Sequence record: OV876907
Length of the DNA: 64,000 nt
Origin: Escherichia phage UGJNEcP3
Strand: one strand, 5' to 3'
Position numbers and translations under genes: made by a program. Positions 37,248 through 47,174 of this stretch are shown in pieces (position 1 is the first letter of the stretch; each line of letters starts with the position of its first letter). The notes beneath the pieces are model-generated. The model did not search any database, was not told the origin of the DNA, and saw only the letters and a list, made by a program, of their open reading frames with translations.

Positions 37248-38093
37248 TTAATCCTTAAGAAGATTTAAAATATCTGTATATTTCCTACGTTCAGCCTTAG
37301 CTTTAGCGTTCAGACCAGAGAGTCGGAAAATCTCATCATCTTGTTGTTGGATTGTAACATTCAAGCAAGTAAGCAAATTGCTAAAATACTCGATTTGAGC
37401 TTGATGCTTCTCATTGCTGCGCACTGGTACAGGTTCTGGTTTAGGAGCTTGTTCTGAAGGCTCTTCAGCCAGGTCTTTAATTTTATAAAGTTTAATACGC
37501 TGACCCACTCCAGTTTCGGCATCACCGAAACTAAGAACACCATGCTGTTCTAATTCAGACAGGGCCAAGCGCAGATGGAACTTCCAGTTGTCGTATTGAC
37601 ACCCACTGTAATGGGAAATAGTATACTCATTTTCATTTCCTGGGTGGTTAACAATATTAAAGATAATCCAATCACCTGAGCCATTGGTCTTAAAGGTCAT
37701 TTGTTTATCAAGACCTTTTGCAAGGCGAGCGCCAAGAGCCAGTAGACGTCGTTGGTTGGCATTAAGGTCTTGAACAACTTCGTCAAATGACATCGCCGGG
37801 ATTAAACGACCATAAAGGTCGTAGCCTTTGTTATAATTTTTAAGAATAATTTTGGCATTAGCACGAGACAACATACCTGTTTTACGAAGAGTTTTCATGA
37901 CCCGGTCTTCTAAGGTAAAAGACCCTTTGGTCTTTTCAAAGATTTTAGTGAAGTCATCTTTAACAGTACAAACATTGAACTTGTCCCACATCATATATAG
38001 AACCTTTTCAACTACTTCTTTAGAACTCGGAATACGACCAAATTTAATAACTTTTTTAACTTCAGAACGAATTTGATTAATTGCCTGTGACAT
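37248..38093 (-). CDS. hypothetical protein (281 aa)
   Basis: ORF. Confidence 0.5.
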   Translation of the reverse strand: MSQAINQIRSEVKKVIKFGRIPSSKEVVEKVLYMMWDKFNVCTVKDDFTKIFEKTKGSFTLEDRVMKTLRKTGMLSRANAKIILKNYNKGYDLYGRLIPAMSFDEVVQDLNANQRRLLALGARLAKGLDKQMTFKTNGSGDWIIFNIVNHPGNENEYTISHYSGCQYDNWKFHLRLALSELEQHGVLSFGDAETGVGQRIKLYKIKDLAEEPSEQAPKPEPVPVRSNEKHQAQIEYFSNLLTCLNVTIQQQDDEIFRLSGLNAKAKAERRKYTDILNLLKD

Positions 38094-38156
38094 AATAATT
38101 TCCTCAGTAAGTAATTAAGAACCTAGAACCATTATACCATCCTTGGTATAAAGCGT

Positions 38157-38681
38157 TTATGCGAGAACCGTCTTTAAACGCTCTTCAAATTTCTGAAGCA
38201 GAACTTGGCGTTCAGCTCGTTGTGATTTGTACTGCTCGATACGACCTGAAGTGAGGGCGTACTGTTCGTTTACTGATTCCCGCATGAATTCAGGAATCTC
38301 TTTACAAGCTTTGATTTCGTCAAACTTATCAATAACAGCTTGTTGTTCAGCAATCAGATTATCGAAATAAGCGATATCAGATTTAACGTTTGCCAGGTCA
38401 GATTCGGTAGGCATTAAACGTTTGTTACGTTCAGCTTGATAAGCTTGATTGGTTTCACGGCTCCAGTGAAGAGTACGTTTTTTGTTAGTGTTTTTATAGA
38501 GCTCTACAATACCAACTGAATCGATGACTGCAATCCAGTTCCAACGGCTTTTGTAAATCTCTCCTCCAGATACGGTAATCTCATTACCACAAGCAACGTC
38601 GTTAAAGAACTTGCTTTGTTTTTCAGATTTGAAATTACCGTTGTTGAAATTAATCAGTGAAAAAATATCTTTAGCGTTCAT
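38157..38681 (-). CDS. hypothetical protein (174 aa)
   Basis: ORF. Confidence 0.45.
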   Translation of the reverse strand: MNAKDIFSLINFNNGNFKSEKQSKFFNDVACGNEITVSGGEIYKSRWNWIAVIDSVGIVELYKNTNKKRTLHWSRETNQAYQAERNKRLMPTESDLANVKSDIAYFDNLIAEQQAVIDKFDEIKACKEIPEFMRESVNEQYALTSGRIEQYKSQRAERQVLLQKFEERLKTVLA

Positions 38682-38707
38682 GATAACCTCCAGTAGTTGA
38701 TAGGTCT

Positions 38708-38736
38708 ATAGTATCATTTCTACTGGAGATGTAAAC
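38708..38736 (-). promoter_or_regulatory. promoter-like element GTTTAC-N17-TACTAT flanked by 9-bp inverted repeat
   Basis: ctccagtag (38688-38696) / ctactggag (38721-38729) bracket the -10. Confidence 0.5.
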
Positions 38737-38738
38737 AA

Positions 38739-39080
38739 CTAATAGAAACTTTTTTCACCGGATTGTCCACTAAACCATGCTGATTGGGTGTTCTCTTTCC
38801 GTTGATGTTCAATACGAATGCGATATTCATTCCTGATGGCGCAGAGTTCACCTCGGAAGTCGCCTGCCAACTTTACCTGCTTGCGGTCTAGATTTATTAA
38901 GGCCTGGGTCTTCGCTGCCAAGAGCAGTCTCTTGTAGTCTCCTTCTTCACAATCAGTTTTATAAACTCTATTAGTATATCCATCGATAAGTTCTTTATCA
39001 TAGTCCTCGACAGACTGTTTCATGGCTTTGGAAAAAGTCTGACCTGCGTTATAAAGATTGTAAATAAATTGTTCGAACAT
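38739..39080 (-). CDS. hypothetical protein (113 aa)
   Basis: ORF. Confidence 0.45.
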   Translation of the reverse strand: MFEQFIYNLYNAGQTFSKAMKQSVEDYDKELIDGYTNRVYKTDCEEGDYKRLLLAAKTQALINLDRKQVKLAGDFRGELCAIRNEYRIRIEHQRKENTQSAWFSGQSGEKSFY

Positions 39081-39090
39081 AATTTCACCT

Positions 39091-40146
39091 TTATTTCAGA
39101 AGTGTAACTTCAGCGATTTCGCTCCAGTCATTTTTATCGGTGGCAATGAAATCCGCCAGATAAAGAGCTGTACGTAATGATACGTTACGAAGACGAGATA
39201 CATTAGCCTTCATCCAGGACAGTGCTTGATAAGTCTCGGCATCAGTCAGACCACGGTTTTGCATCATATCAGTGGACAGGATAACGTCTTCAACACGAAC
39301 CATAATCTCTTCGTTAGAGTGAACTCCGAGGTCTAAGTAAACTGAACGAGATACTAAAGCCTGGAGGTGTGGAGCAAGTTTAGTTCCACGCTCTAATTCA
39401 CGGTCAATATCAACGTTGGTGATGAACACGATGGTGCCTTCGTATTCGAATTCTTTATCGATATTTTTATCATCAAGGTAAGAACTTGAAGTGCTCCAGC
39501 ACACCTTACGTTTTTCACCGGTATCCAATGCTGCTTTTAACAGGTTCAGGATATCCATATCAGAGAATACATCAACATCATCAATAAGAAGAACACTATT
39601 AGGGCCGCGGTTATTCCAAAGCTGCTCGTAAAGACCGATTCCACTAATCTTTCCGTTGATTGATTTATATTCGATAGTTTCATTTTCGTGGGCATTTTGT
39701 AATGCTTTATCCAAAGAGTACGTTTTACCAATACCTGCTGCACCAGAGATGATAAGGGAACGAATTTTACCATCGATGATTCCATTAGTCATCATATTCA
39801 TTACTTTAAAACGTTTGTTGATGCGGTGTTTCATTTCATCCTGGGATTCAGTTACGACTACAGGAGATTCAGTACCTTCCATTTCGATGTCACATTTGAA
39901 CACCCATACACCACGTTCAACACCATCAATCTGTACAAATACCTTGCCATCACCGAGATGAGCTTCGGATTCATGAATTTTATTAGGGAACCAGGTTTTA
40001 CCTGAACTCATGAACGTACCAGAGATTTCATTACCGCGATAGATGCCTTTGTTGATTTTGATAGTTAACATTTTATTCTCCATTTCACTCAGTAGATTTG
40101 ATAGGTCCATAATAACATGCTCTACGAGGTTGTAAACACTTTTTTG
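39091..40146 (-). CDS. AAA-type P-loop ATPase
   Basis: Walker A ISGAAGIGKTYSL, Walker B VLLIDDVD; start at second ATG of ATGGAGAATAAAATG leader. Confidence 0.55.
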   Translation of the reverse strand, partial: QKSVYNLVEHVIMDLSNLLSEMENKMLTIKINKGIYRGNEISGTFMSSGKTWFPNKIHESEAHLGDGKVFVQIDGVERGVWVFKCDIEMEGTESPVVVTESQDEMKHRINKRFKVMNMMTNGIIDGKIRSLIISGAAGIGKTYSLDKALQNAHENETIEYKSINGKISGIGLYEQLWNNRGPNSVLLIDDVDVFSDMDILNLLKAALDTGEKRKVCWSTSSSYLDDKNIDKEFEYEGTIVFITNVDIDRELERGTKLAPHLQALVSRSVYLDLGVHSNEEIMVRVEDVILSTDMMQNRGLTDAETYQALSWMKANVSRLRNVSLRTALYLADFIATDKNDWSEIAEVTLLK

Positions 40147-40187
40147 CACTAGACCCAAAAAAGGACCCTTCTGGGTCCTAAATTTAG

Positions 40188-41186
40188 TTATCGATAATAG
40201 GCGTTGTGGTTGTCAAGATAAACCTCTTCAACAAATTTGTCCCAGAAGCTCATGTCTACCTTATCAGGCATACCGTTCTTGGCGGCCCAGATAGCATTTG
40301 TTTCGACTTCATCAACGATTGATTCAAGCTCAGCTTGGACATCTTTAAAAGCGTGTAGACCCTGCTTGATTTCCAGGATAAACGGAGCAGTTCTTAAAGG
40401 GTACTTTAAGTCACCAGTCATATAAATTTCTTTCAACTGATAACCAGCACGATAAGCATGACTCAGAGCTTTCCAGTCAATACCTTCATTAGCTTCGGCC
40501 TTACGAGCACGTTCACCATATTCAGCGTCCAGTTTGTTCAGAGACTGCTTAAGCTCGATAAGAGAAAGCGTTGTCTGATATTTTCGACCCAACACAGTGT
40601 AGAATGTTTGTGGACCTGTTTTCTCGTGATTGTGGAATACCCATTCGCAGAATTCGTTCTCTGGGAGTCGATGTTTAATATCTTCTACCTTAGTACGACG
40701 TTGTTTAGTTGAACCATCTTCTTGATAATCGACCCATTGTTCAGGAATCTGGTTGACGATTGCCAGTACACCACGCAGAGCAGCCAGACGAGAACCTTTA
40801 ACACCATATTTAGAAGCTTGCTTACGGACGTACCCTAAATAGGCTTTCATGTTAGTCGTATAGAACCGAGAACGGTTATCTTGGATAAATTTCCATACAT
40901 CAGGTAAATCGGATTTAACCACCATTTCAGGCGGAGTATGGAGCATATCCAGAGCAACGGTTTCGCCTTCAGCCGCTAGTTTAAAGAAATATTTCAGACT
41001 GTAAAGCTCATGGTCAACATCATCTTTAGTGTTTTTGGACGCAGTGTTATTCGTGTTCAGGTTGGTATGGTTCATTGCCGTACCCAACAGAATATCACGC
41101 GGATGTGGAACAAAGATTTCTTTAAAATCGACATCAGATTCCGGAGTACTTGTTCCATAAAGATGGCTACCGAAGTAGCCTTTCAT
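40188..41186 (-). CDS. Pol-beta-superfamily nucleotidyltransferase-like protein
   Basis: N-terminal GSHLYGTSTPESDVDF (GS-x10-DxD); start at second ATG (41186). Confidence 0.45.
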   Translation of the reverse strand: MKGYFGSHLYGTSTPESDVDFKEIFVPHPRDILLGTAMNHTNLNTNNTASKNTKDDVDHELYSLKYFFKLAAEGETVALDMLHTPPEMVVKSDLPDVWKFIQDNRSRFYTTNMKAYLGYVRKQASKYGVKGSRLAALRGVLAIVNQIPEQWVDYQEDGSTKQRRTKVEDIKHRLPENEFCEWVFHNHEKTGPQTFYTVLGRKYQTTLSLIELKQSLNKLDAEYGERARKAEANEGIDWKALSHAYRAGYQLKEIYMTGDLKYPLRTAPFILEIKQGLHAFKDVQAELESIVDEVETNAIWAAKNGMPDKVDMSFWDKFVEEVYLDNHNAYYR

Positions 41187-41194
41187 AATTGTTC

Positions 41195-41647
41195 TCATTC
41201 TTTGTTCTCGAAGTGGATTACAGGACACATCTTAGATTTACGAGCTTTAATATATTGGATAACGATGTTTTCTTTAATTTCCTTTCCTGCTCGTCGGGCT
41301 TTAATACGTTCCCATTCCTTTTCTTCTCTACGCATATCATACCATGCGTGTAAATTCATCGCGCCGAATGCCAAACCAATGGATAACGCAATAATAAGAG
41401 CTATTGCAACCAACCCTAAAACAAACCCTAGACTCAACAGAATAGGGGTACTTAATACAAAGAAATGCTCTAATACACCAGCGCCTGCAACAGTCAATCC
41501 AAAAAGCGTACTACCCGCAACAACAGCACAAGCAAAACAGGCCCAAACCATTTTCCAGAAATAAGCACACAAAGAGTGTGGTCGAGAATGACGGTCATAA
41601 AAACGGTCGTGTAATTTAACGTGCCAAGAGTTTGTATTGATAATCAT
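41195..41647 (-). CDS. membrane protein (150 aa)
   Basis: several hydrophobic segments. Confidence 0.45.
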   Translation of the reverse strand: MIINTNSWHVKLHDRFYDRHSRPHSLCAYFWKMVWACFACAVVAGSTLFGLTVAGAGVLEHFFVLSTPILLSLGFVLGLVAIALIIALSIGLAFGAMNLHAWYDMRREEKEWERIKARRAGKEIKENIVIQYIKARKSKMCPVIHFENKE

Positions 41648-41657
41648 AATATTTTCC

Positions 41658-42218
41658 TTAAGAGTTCATAGTTGGGATAACAGAGTTCAGATAAGAGACT
41701 AAAGCCTTGAGCTCGTCTTTAGTAAATACCACTTCATTTTCACCATCATGTCTTTGGACCAAGGATAGCAAATCACGGCCCTGGTGTTGATACACAGATA
41801 ATTCGGTATCATAATCCAGTTCTTCTTCGTCGCCTTCAAAGGTTTCACTAGAACGAATCACAGCATCTTGGCCTGGGACTTTCCATTCAACTTCAGGCTT
41901 ACATTCTTCTTGGAAGAGTTTAAAAATGCATTTAAAGAAATTAGCAGAATCACTAATGCTTAGGCATTCTGCATCCGTTTCCAAATTAAACCCGTTGTCA
42001 TGGTTATAAATCTGGGCCCACGTATTATCGTTAATAACAAATACACCTCTAAAACTACCATTAAGATATTCGTGTTTGTCCAAAACCTTTAAATCGTAAA
42101 GTGGTTTGATATCTTGGATAGTTAGTACGATTTTATCGTCTTCTTGTGAAAGCTCAATTGCGTTATTAACTACTTCAGCAGTCAGGTCACCAAACAAGCC
42201 AGATGTTTCGATAATCAT
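41658..42218 (-). CDS. hypothetical protein (186 aa)
   Basis: ORF. Confidence 0.45.
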   Translation of the reverse strand: MIIETSGLFGDLTAEVVNNAIELSQEDDKIVLTIQDIKPLYDLKVLDKHEYLNGSFRGVFVINDNTWAQIYNHDNGFNLETDAECLSISDSANFFKCIFKLFQEECKPEVEWKVPGQDAVIRSSETFEGDEEELDYDTELSVYQHQGRDLLSLVQRHDGENEVVFTKDELKALVSYLNSVIPTMNS

Positions 42219-42229
42219 TTTCTATTTCC

Positions 42230-42412
42230 TCATTTCACATTTTGTTTAATAAAATTTAGCAATTCTTTAAGAGCTTTATCTTCTTCTTTAGAAAGCCTAG
42301 TACAATCATCAACCGAGTAATGGTGGCAAAATGCTGTTTCGAATCTAGCAACTGTACCGGCATAGGCCTCGATAAGCTCTTCAAGCTTTAAGTGCTTTTC
42401 TTTAGTTTTCAT
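42230..42412 (-). CDS. hypothetical protein (60 aa)
   Basis: ORF. Confidence 0.3.
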   Translation of the reverse strand: MKTKEKHLKLEELIEAYAGTVARFETAFCHHYSVDDCTRLSKEEDKALKELLNFIKQNVK

Positions 42413-42415
42413 AAA

Positions 42416-42688
42416 TCACCGGTTGTGTTTTAAAATACTATAAAGCTCTTCAACTTGACTCGCGTCCAAACAAATCATATCATTTTCTTGTTGAAGCGTA
42501 ATTCCACCATGGCAGTCCCACTCTGTAACGAAAACATCGTCGTCAGAGTCTTTGTTATCCGCAAAAAGGACAATAATACCATCTTCAGAATTACCACTCG
42601 GATCATATAACATTACAGTTTCCTCGCTAACCATGAAAAGAATAAACCAATTAAAACAGGCCCTACAAGCATTGTTAACCAAGCCCAA
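42416..42688 (-). CDS. hypothetical protein (90 aa)
   Basis: ORF. Confidence 0.35.
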   Translation of the reverse strand: MGLVNNACRACFNWFILFMVSEETVMLYDPSGNSEDGIIVLFADNKDSDDDVFVTEWDCHGGITLQQENDMICLDASQVEELYSILKHNR

Positions 42689-42733
42689 GGTTCAAGATAG
42701 TAAATCATCTTCAGGCTCCTGTGCCAATAGCCG

Positions 42734-42916
42734 TTATGCTTTCAACTCATTCAGATACTCAACCAAGGCTGCTTTAGAGTTAGCCAAATCTCGTTTACAC
42801 TGCTCTATTCCGGAATACGAATAGCCTTCACAATGTTCTACTGCACTATCATAAGAATCACGTTCAATATCAGTAGCAAGTTTAATAATTTTCTCAATCT
42901 GTTCGGTAGTTAACAT
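42734..42916 (-). CDS. hypothetical protein (60 aa)
   Basis: ORF; promoter module at 42945-42973 upstream. Confidence 0.35.
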   Translation of the reverse strand: MLTTEQIEKIIKLATDIERDSYDSAVEHCEGYSYSGIEQCKRDLANSKAALVEYLNELKA

Positions 42917-43013
42917 AACTTTCTCCTCATTAGTTGATAGGTGTATAGTATCACGTTCCTAGAGGATGTAAACACTAAAACGAAAAAAGGTCCCACCGAA
43001 GTGAGACCTTTGG

Positions 43014-43400
43014 TTATTCTAACGTTAACAAATACTTAGTCTGGTAAAAGACACCAGTGATGTCGTCCAAAGTCGATTGGATGGCCTTAGGAAGATTTTT
43101 GTAGATTTTATCAGACGCTTTAATAAGTTCATCAAGAAAATCTATAGGGTCTTTAGGCAGTTCTGAAGCAGATGGTAGTGATGCTTTATATTCTTTGCCA
43201 CTAAATCCTAAATACTGTTCACTGAACTGGTCTAGTGGTCCTTGAACTTCTGTATAATAGAAGTCATATGCTTTGTGTCTTGCATAGCTTTTGGTTTCCA
43301 AATGGGCTGACTTAAAATAGGCTAAAGAAACCAACAGCCAACCAATATAAGAATCTACTTCAGTCCCTCGACTAAGTACGAAATCATTGAATTTCATCAT
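43014..43400 (-). CDS. hypothetical protein (128 aa)
   Basis: ORF. Confidence 0.45.
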   Translation of the reverse strand: MMKFNDFVLSRGTEVDSYIGWLLVSLAYFKSAHLETKSYARHKAYDFYYTEVQGPLDQFSEQYLGFSGKEYKASLPSASELPKDPIDFLDELIKASDKIYKNLPKAIQSTLDDITGVFYQTKYLLTLE

Positions 43401-43677
43401 CTACCTTCATTAGTTTAGCGTATCGTTCTCCGATAGCCCGACCTTCAATCGAGCAAGACTCTATTGTATTGCAATTTGAAATTTTCCAAGAAGCAGTTAC
43501 ATAAGCCCAGTAGTCTTCGGAGGCCTTTACACTAGGTTTACTCATTTGCGCATAAACTGGCATCGCACTACTAGCAAAGGCGTCCATCAATTTAGGGTCG
43601 GATTTGTTTGCTAGTGAAGATGTTGGGCTTAAACATCCAATCATAAGGATACAAGCCACTGTACGGAAAATACCCAT
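43384..43677 (-). CDS. secreted/lipoprotein-like protein (97 aa)
   Basis: N-terminal hydrophobic signal ...ACILMIGC. Confidence 0.4.
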   Translation of the reverse strand: MGIFRTVACILMIGCLSPTSSLANKSDPKLMDAFASSAMPVYAQMSKPSVKASEDYWAYVTASWKISNCNTIESCSIEGRAIGERYAKLMKVDDEIQ

Positions 43678-43770
43678 ACAAAAGTCCTTTGTTATTTTAT
43701 ACGAATTTGCCTTTCGGCCTTAACCGATAGCGATTACCAAAAGCTAAAGCTCTACGGTTAGTATTACTAT

Positions 43771-44049
43771 TTATAGCTTTTTAAGCTTACGACAATAAGA
43801 ATAGAACACGTCGTTAAAATTATATTCAACCCAATTCCTCTGTATAGGCGAGGTAATGGAAAGCATATAATGTGCTTTAATTAAATCCATTCCATTTTTA
43901 TTAGGGCATTCTTTATTATTAGCATTATACGTCGCTGCTACAACTTCTATCTCTCTTTTGTAAGCCGCATCATCCATGATGGGCGAAAGAACAATATAAG
44001 AGATGGCCACAGCGAACGCTAGAATTAAAATCTTTGAATTTAGGTCCAT
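43771..44049 (-). CDS. secreted protein (92 aa), possibly RI-like lysis-inhibition factor
   Basis: signal peptide; position immediately upstream of tk; weak resemblance only. Confidence 0.35.
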   Translation of the reverse strand: MDLNSKILILAFAVAISYIVLSPIMDDAAYKREIEVVAATYNANNKECPNKNGMDLIKAHYMLSITSPIQRNWVEYNFNDVFYSYCRKLKKL

Positions 44050-44056
44050 AGTACCC

Positions 44057-44629
44057 TCAACTCGTTATTTCTATCCAGTGCTTCCTGCACAATGACACGT
44101 AAGAATCGTTGCCACCTATAGAAACTTGGGCTCCGTCCTTAATTGCGACACCATCTTGGACCCTAGCAGTCATAGTAGCTTTACGGCCGCAATGGCACAC
44201 ACCTTTGTACTCAACGAGTTTATCTGCCGTAGCGAGTAATTCAGCAGAACCAGGAAACAGTTTACCCTGAAAATCAGTTCTTAGCCCATAACACATAACT
44301 GGAACATTATAATTGTCTACTATCTTTGCCAGTTGTTTTATCTGTGCAGGTTCTAAGAATTGTGCTTCATCCACAAACACACAGTGGATATCTTTTTGAG
44401 ATTCAGCCCAACGATAGAACTCGTATAGGTCCATATCTGGAGTCACCCCATTAGCCTCTTGACTAATCCCTATACGAGACGAAATGGTATGGCTTGATTC
44501 TCTATTATCTATCGCAGGCTTTAAAAGGAGTACGCCCATACCGCGTTCTTTGTAGTTATGAGCTGCCGTTAGCAATGAAGCGGTCTTACCGGAATTCATT
44601 GCTGCATAATGAAAATAAAGTTGGGCCAT
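44057..44629 (-). CDS. tk: thymidine kinase
   Basis: Walker A AAMNSGKTASLL; C-terminal zinc-binding CHCGRKAT...C; 190 aa. Confidence 0.85.
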   Translation of the reverse strand: MAQLYFHYAAMNSGKTASLLTAAHNYKERGMGVLLLKPAIDNRESSHTISSRIGISQEANGVTPDMDLYEFYRWAESQKDIHCVFVDEAQFLEPAQIKQLAKIVDNYNVPVMCYGLRTDFQGKLFPGSAELLATADKLVEYKGVCHCGRKATMTARVQDGVAIKDGAQVSIGGNDSYVSLCRKHWIEITS

Positions 44630-44798
44630 ATTACCTTCTTAAAGACTATTTACATAAGCAATTAATTCATTTTCCTTTTTAGAAAACTCATCCTCTTCGT
44701 CACCTCTCCAGTCCCAATCCAGAGAGTTATCAAATTCACATTCTGTGTTGAGTTCCATAAGCTCATGGATAAGCTCAAACAATTTATCTTTCTGCTCT

Positions 44799-45254
44799 TT
44801 ACTTAGGCTCATAATCTACCACCACCAAATTAATATCAGGAGTAAACAAATTAATCAATTGATAAACCTTATCCCAATCACCACCGGCAATACCACAACC
44901 AATACGAGGGATATAAATTCTCGGTTTAAACAAAAGACCTTTTGCTTGTTGATTTAATTCTATCATACAGTTTACTAAAGCACTGTAATCAAGATTAGGA
45001 CCTGGTTCATATTGCGTATAAAGATTATAGCAAATTTGGCCGTTATTGCCTGTGGCTTTAGTAAATGTTCCAAGTTTTGCTGCATCACCTAAATAGGTGG
45101 CTTCTCTATCAATAGCAAGAATAGGTGAATACGCCTTAGCCAATTGACCTGCTACACCTGAACCCATAGTATGGAAACAGTTACACCCATGAGCAACGTT
45201 ATTACCTTGAAGAAACAGGGCGACGATATCGCCCTTAATATAATCAATAATCAT
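44799..45254 (-). CDS. macro-domain-like protein (ADP-ribose binding/processing)
   Basis: GDIVALF...NVAHGCNC...GSGVAGQL resembles macro-domain glycine-rich motifs. Confidence 0.45.
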   Translation of the reverse strand: MIIDYIKGDIVALFLQGNNVAHGCNCFHTMGSGVAGQLAKAYSPILAIDREATYLGDAAKLGTFTKATGNNGQICYNLYTQYEPGPNLDYSALVNCMIELNQQAKGLLFKPRIYIPRIGCGIAGGDWDKVYQLINLFTPDINLVVVDYEPK

Positions 45255-45607
45255 TTAGAGTTTAGCCCTCGGTTGTAAGAGTCAACGAGTCTGTCTACCA
45301 TAGACGCGCACATTTCTTTGTACTTTTTATCAGATGGAACACATTCAGTGACGTTTAGACGTTGCTCGTATCTTTTAGAAAGAGTTTTCTCTTTCATTCG
45401 ACGATGCTCGACGTCGTTCTGCCCATCTTTAAAAGCAGCTGTTATTTTTGAACTGAATTCAATAACACATTCAGTATTACTCGGATGACAATAATCTTTT
45501 GCTGTACGGGTGGCATACTCGACAATTGAATTATTTGTATCATCAACCTGTGATGCTAATACTCCCGGAGCAATCAACATAAGCGCTATAGTCATCTGTT
45601 TAATCAT
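45251..45607 (-). CDS. secreted protein (118 aa)
   Basis: signal peptide MIKQMTIALMLIAPGVLAS. Confidence 0.45.
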   Translation of the reverse strand: MIKQMTIALMLIAPGVLASQVDDTNNSIVEYATRTAKDYCHPSNTECVIEFSSKITAAFKDGQNDVEHRRMKEKTLSKRYEQRLNVTECVPSDKKYKEMCASMVDRLVDSYNRGLNSK

Positions 45608-46147
45608 TTAATATACCGCCTCAAACATCTTTTTAGATTTTAGGTAATTGGCCTTTTCTAGAACTTCGGAAGCATATTTACTGCCTGCTTTGACATTCCA
45701 GCCCGCATTATAAGAAGCAATCGCTTTTCTCAGGTCACCTTTGTGAACATTAATCCAATAAGACAGTTCAATGTAGGCCCAAGAGGCACTGTTCTGTCGT
45801 TTTTGGACCATACGAATTATTTCTTTGTCAGACATCTTCCAACCTACCTGTTGAACACGACTTCTTAACGTAGGCAAGTAATTTTGGAACATGCCATAAG
45901 CATGGTGCTTATCTTTATTTAAACCCTGATTAATTCCGGCGGATGATTCCTGCCATAGTAATCCGGCCATAATATATCCTAATCCTTTTTGATTAGGGTT
46001 TTCTTTGAACTTTCCCGACTTTTGGTATTGTTCACCGAAAGCATACGCATAATGTAAATTATCGAGTTGTTCATTACTGAAAGTAGGCTCTACGCTATGG
46101 GCAGACATACTAACTGTCAATAGTAAAGTGGCTAATACTTTTTTCAT
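45608..46147 (-). CDS. periplasmic lytic-transglycosylase-like protein (SLT domain)
   Basis: signal peptide; WQESSAG, GMFQ, SYNAGW motifs typical of SLT family. Confidence 0.5.
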   Translation of the reverse strand: MKKVLATLLLTVSMSAHSVEPTFSNEQLDNLHYAYAFGEQYQKSGKFKENPNQKGLGYIMAGLLWQESSAGINQGLNKDKHHAYGMFQNYLPTLRSRVQQVGWKMSDKEIIRMVQKRQNSASWAYIELSYWINVHKGDLRKAIASYNAGWNVKAGSKYASEVLEKANYLKSKKMFEAVY

Positions 46148-46159
46148 GAGACCTCATTA

Positions 46160-46618
46160 TTAAAGATAGATTACTTTCGTGCTGGTTTTACCTTCTAAAC
46201 GTTTAGAGTTAACAAATGCCATACGACATTTAAGGGAATATCCTTTATCAGGATGTTTACGATCTACGGTCATACCTAGCCATAAGGTTTTATCGGTAAT
46301 TTCGAGACGCAGTGGGCGATACACCTTACCTGGGACAATTTCAGATTCTACGTCAGGAAGAGGCTCCTGGATTAAAAATTCATGGATTTCTTTAACATGG
46401 TTATGGAGCTTCTTGAACAAAGAGAAAACATATTTTTCGTCAATTTCACGTTGGATAGCACGGTCCAACAAGTGATTAGAGTACTTAATAAAGAAAGCTG
46501 GGACACCGCTCTTAATGGCGGCTTTTTTGATGGACGCGTTAAGTTCACGAAATTCGGTTTCGAACTGACGACGTAATTTGTTGCGGCGGATGAATACTTC
46601 TGAATTAATTTCTGACAT
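46160..46618 (-). CDS. regB: endoribonuclease RegB
   Basis: 152 aa; EVFIRRNKLRR...HLLDRAIQREIDE...RLEITD..LWLG... matches T4 RegB as recalled. Confidence 0.8.
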   Translation of the reverse strand: MSEINSEVFIRRNKLRRQFETEFRELNASIKKAAIKSGVPAFFIKYSNHLLDRAIQREIDEKYVFSLFKKLHNHVKEIHEFLIQEPLPDVESEIVPGKVYRPLRLEITDKTLWLGMTVDRKHPDKGYSLKCRMAFVNSKRLEGKTSTKVIYL

Positions 46619-46646
46619 TTTATAATCTCCTGTAGTTTATAGGTCT

Positions 46647-46675
46647 ATAGTATCATGTCTACAGGAGATGTAAAC
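46647..46675 (-). promoter_or_regulatory. promoter-like element GTTTAC-N17-TACTAT flanked by 9-bp inverted repeat
   Basis: ctcctgtag (46627-46635) / ctacaggag (46659-46667); upstream of regB. Confidence 0.5.
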
Positions 46676-46680
46676 TGCTT

Positions 46681-46959
46681 TTAGTATTTTTCTTCAGGTT
46701 GGAAAACGGAACGACAGGCCCACATGGATGCTTCTTTCAAGCGTTCGATTGCCGTACGAATCTGGGCGAGACGTTCATGAGTGAGGTCGAATTCTTCATC
46801 ACTCATTTTATCGACACCTGAGCATGTAAAGGCTTCAACGTATTCTTCTTCTAATGCTTTAAAGATTAAGCCTAATCGAACTTCAGCATCTTTAATGGCA
46901 TTCACTTTACCGATTTTATCGTCGGTATGCGGCTTGTAACCTTTGATATCTTCAATCAT
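46681..46959 (-). CDS. hypothetical protein (92 aa)
   Basis: ORF. Confidence 0.4.
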   Translation of the reverse strand: MIEDIKGYKPHTDDKIGKVNAIKDAEVRLGLIFKALEEEYVEAFTCSGVDKMSDEEFDLTHERLAQIRTAIERLKEASMWACRSVFQPEEKY

Positions 46960-47174
46960 TTTACTTCCTCATCAGATGCAATATCATATTCTACAAAACG
47001 AAGGCCATCGTATCCACCACTAACAGAGATATACGTAGTCGGGTAAACAATTTCTTTACCGTTCCATTGGCCACCGTCCCAACACTCCATAAAGCCTTGT
47101 TCACCCTGTTCGTGGAACCAGTCAACAAACATCTTCAGAGCTTCATCAGAGCCTTCAATTGTCAATTTAGACAT
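46956..47174 (-). CDS. hypothetical protein (72 aa)
   Basis: ORF. Confidence 0.4.
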   Translation of the reverse strand: MSKLTIEGSDEALKMFVDWFHEQGEQGFMECWDGGQWNGKEIVYPTTYISVSGGYDGLRFVEYDIASDEEVK

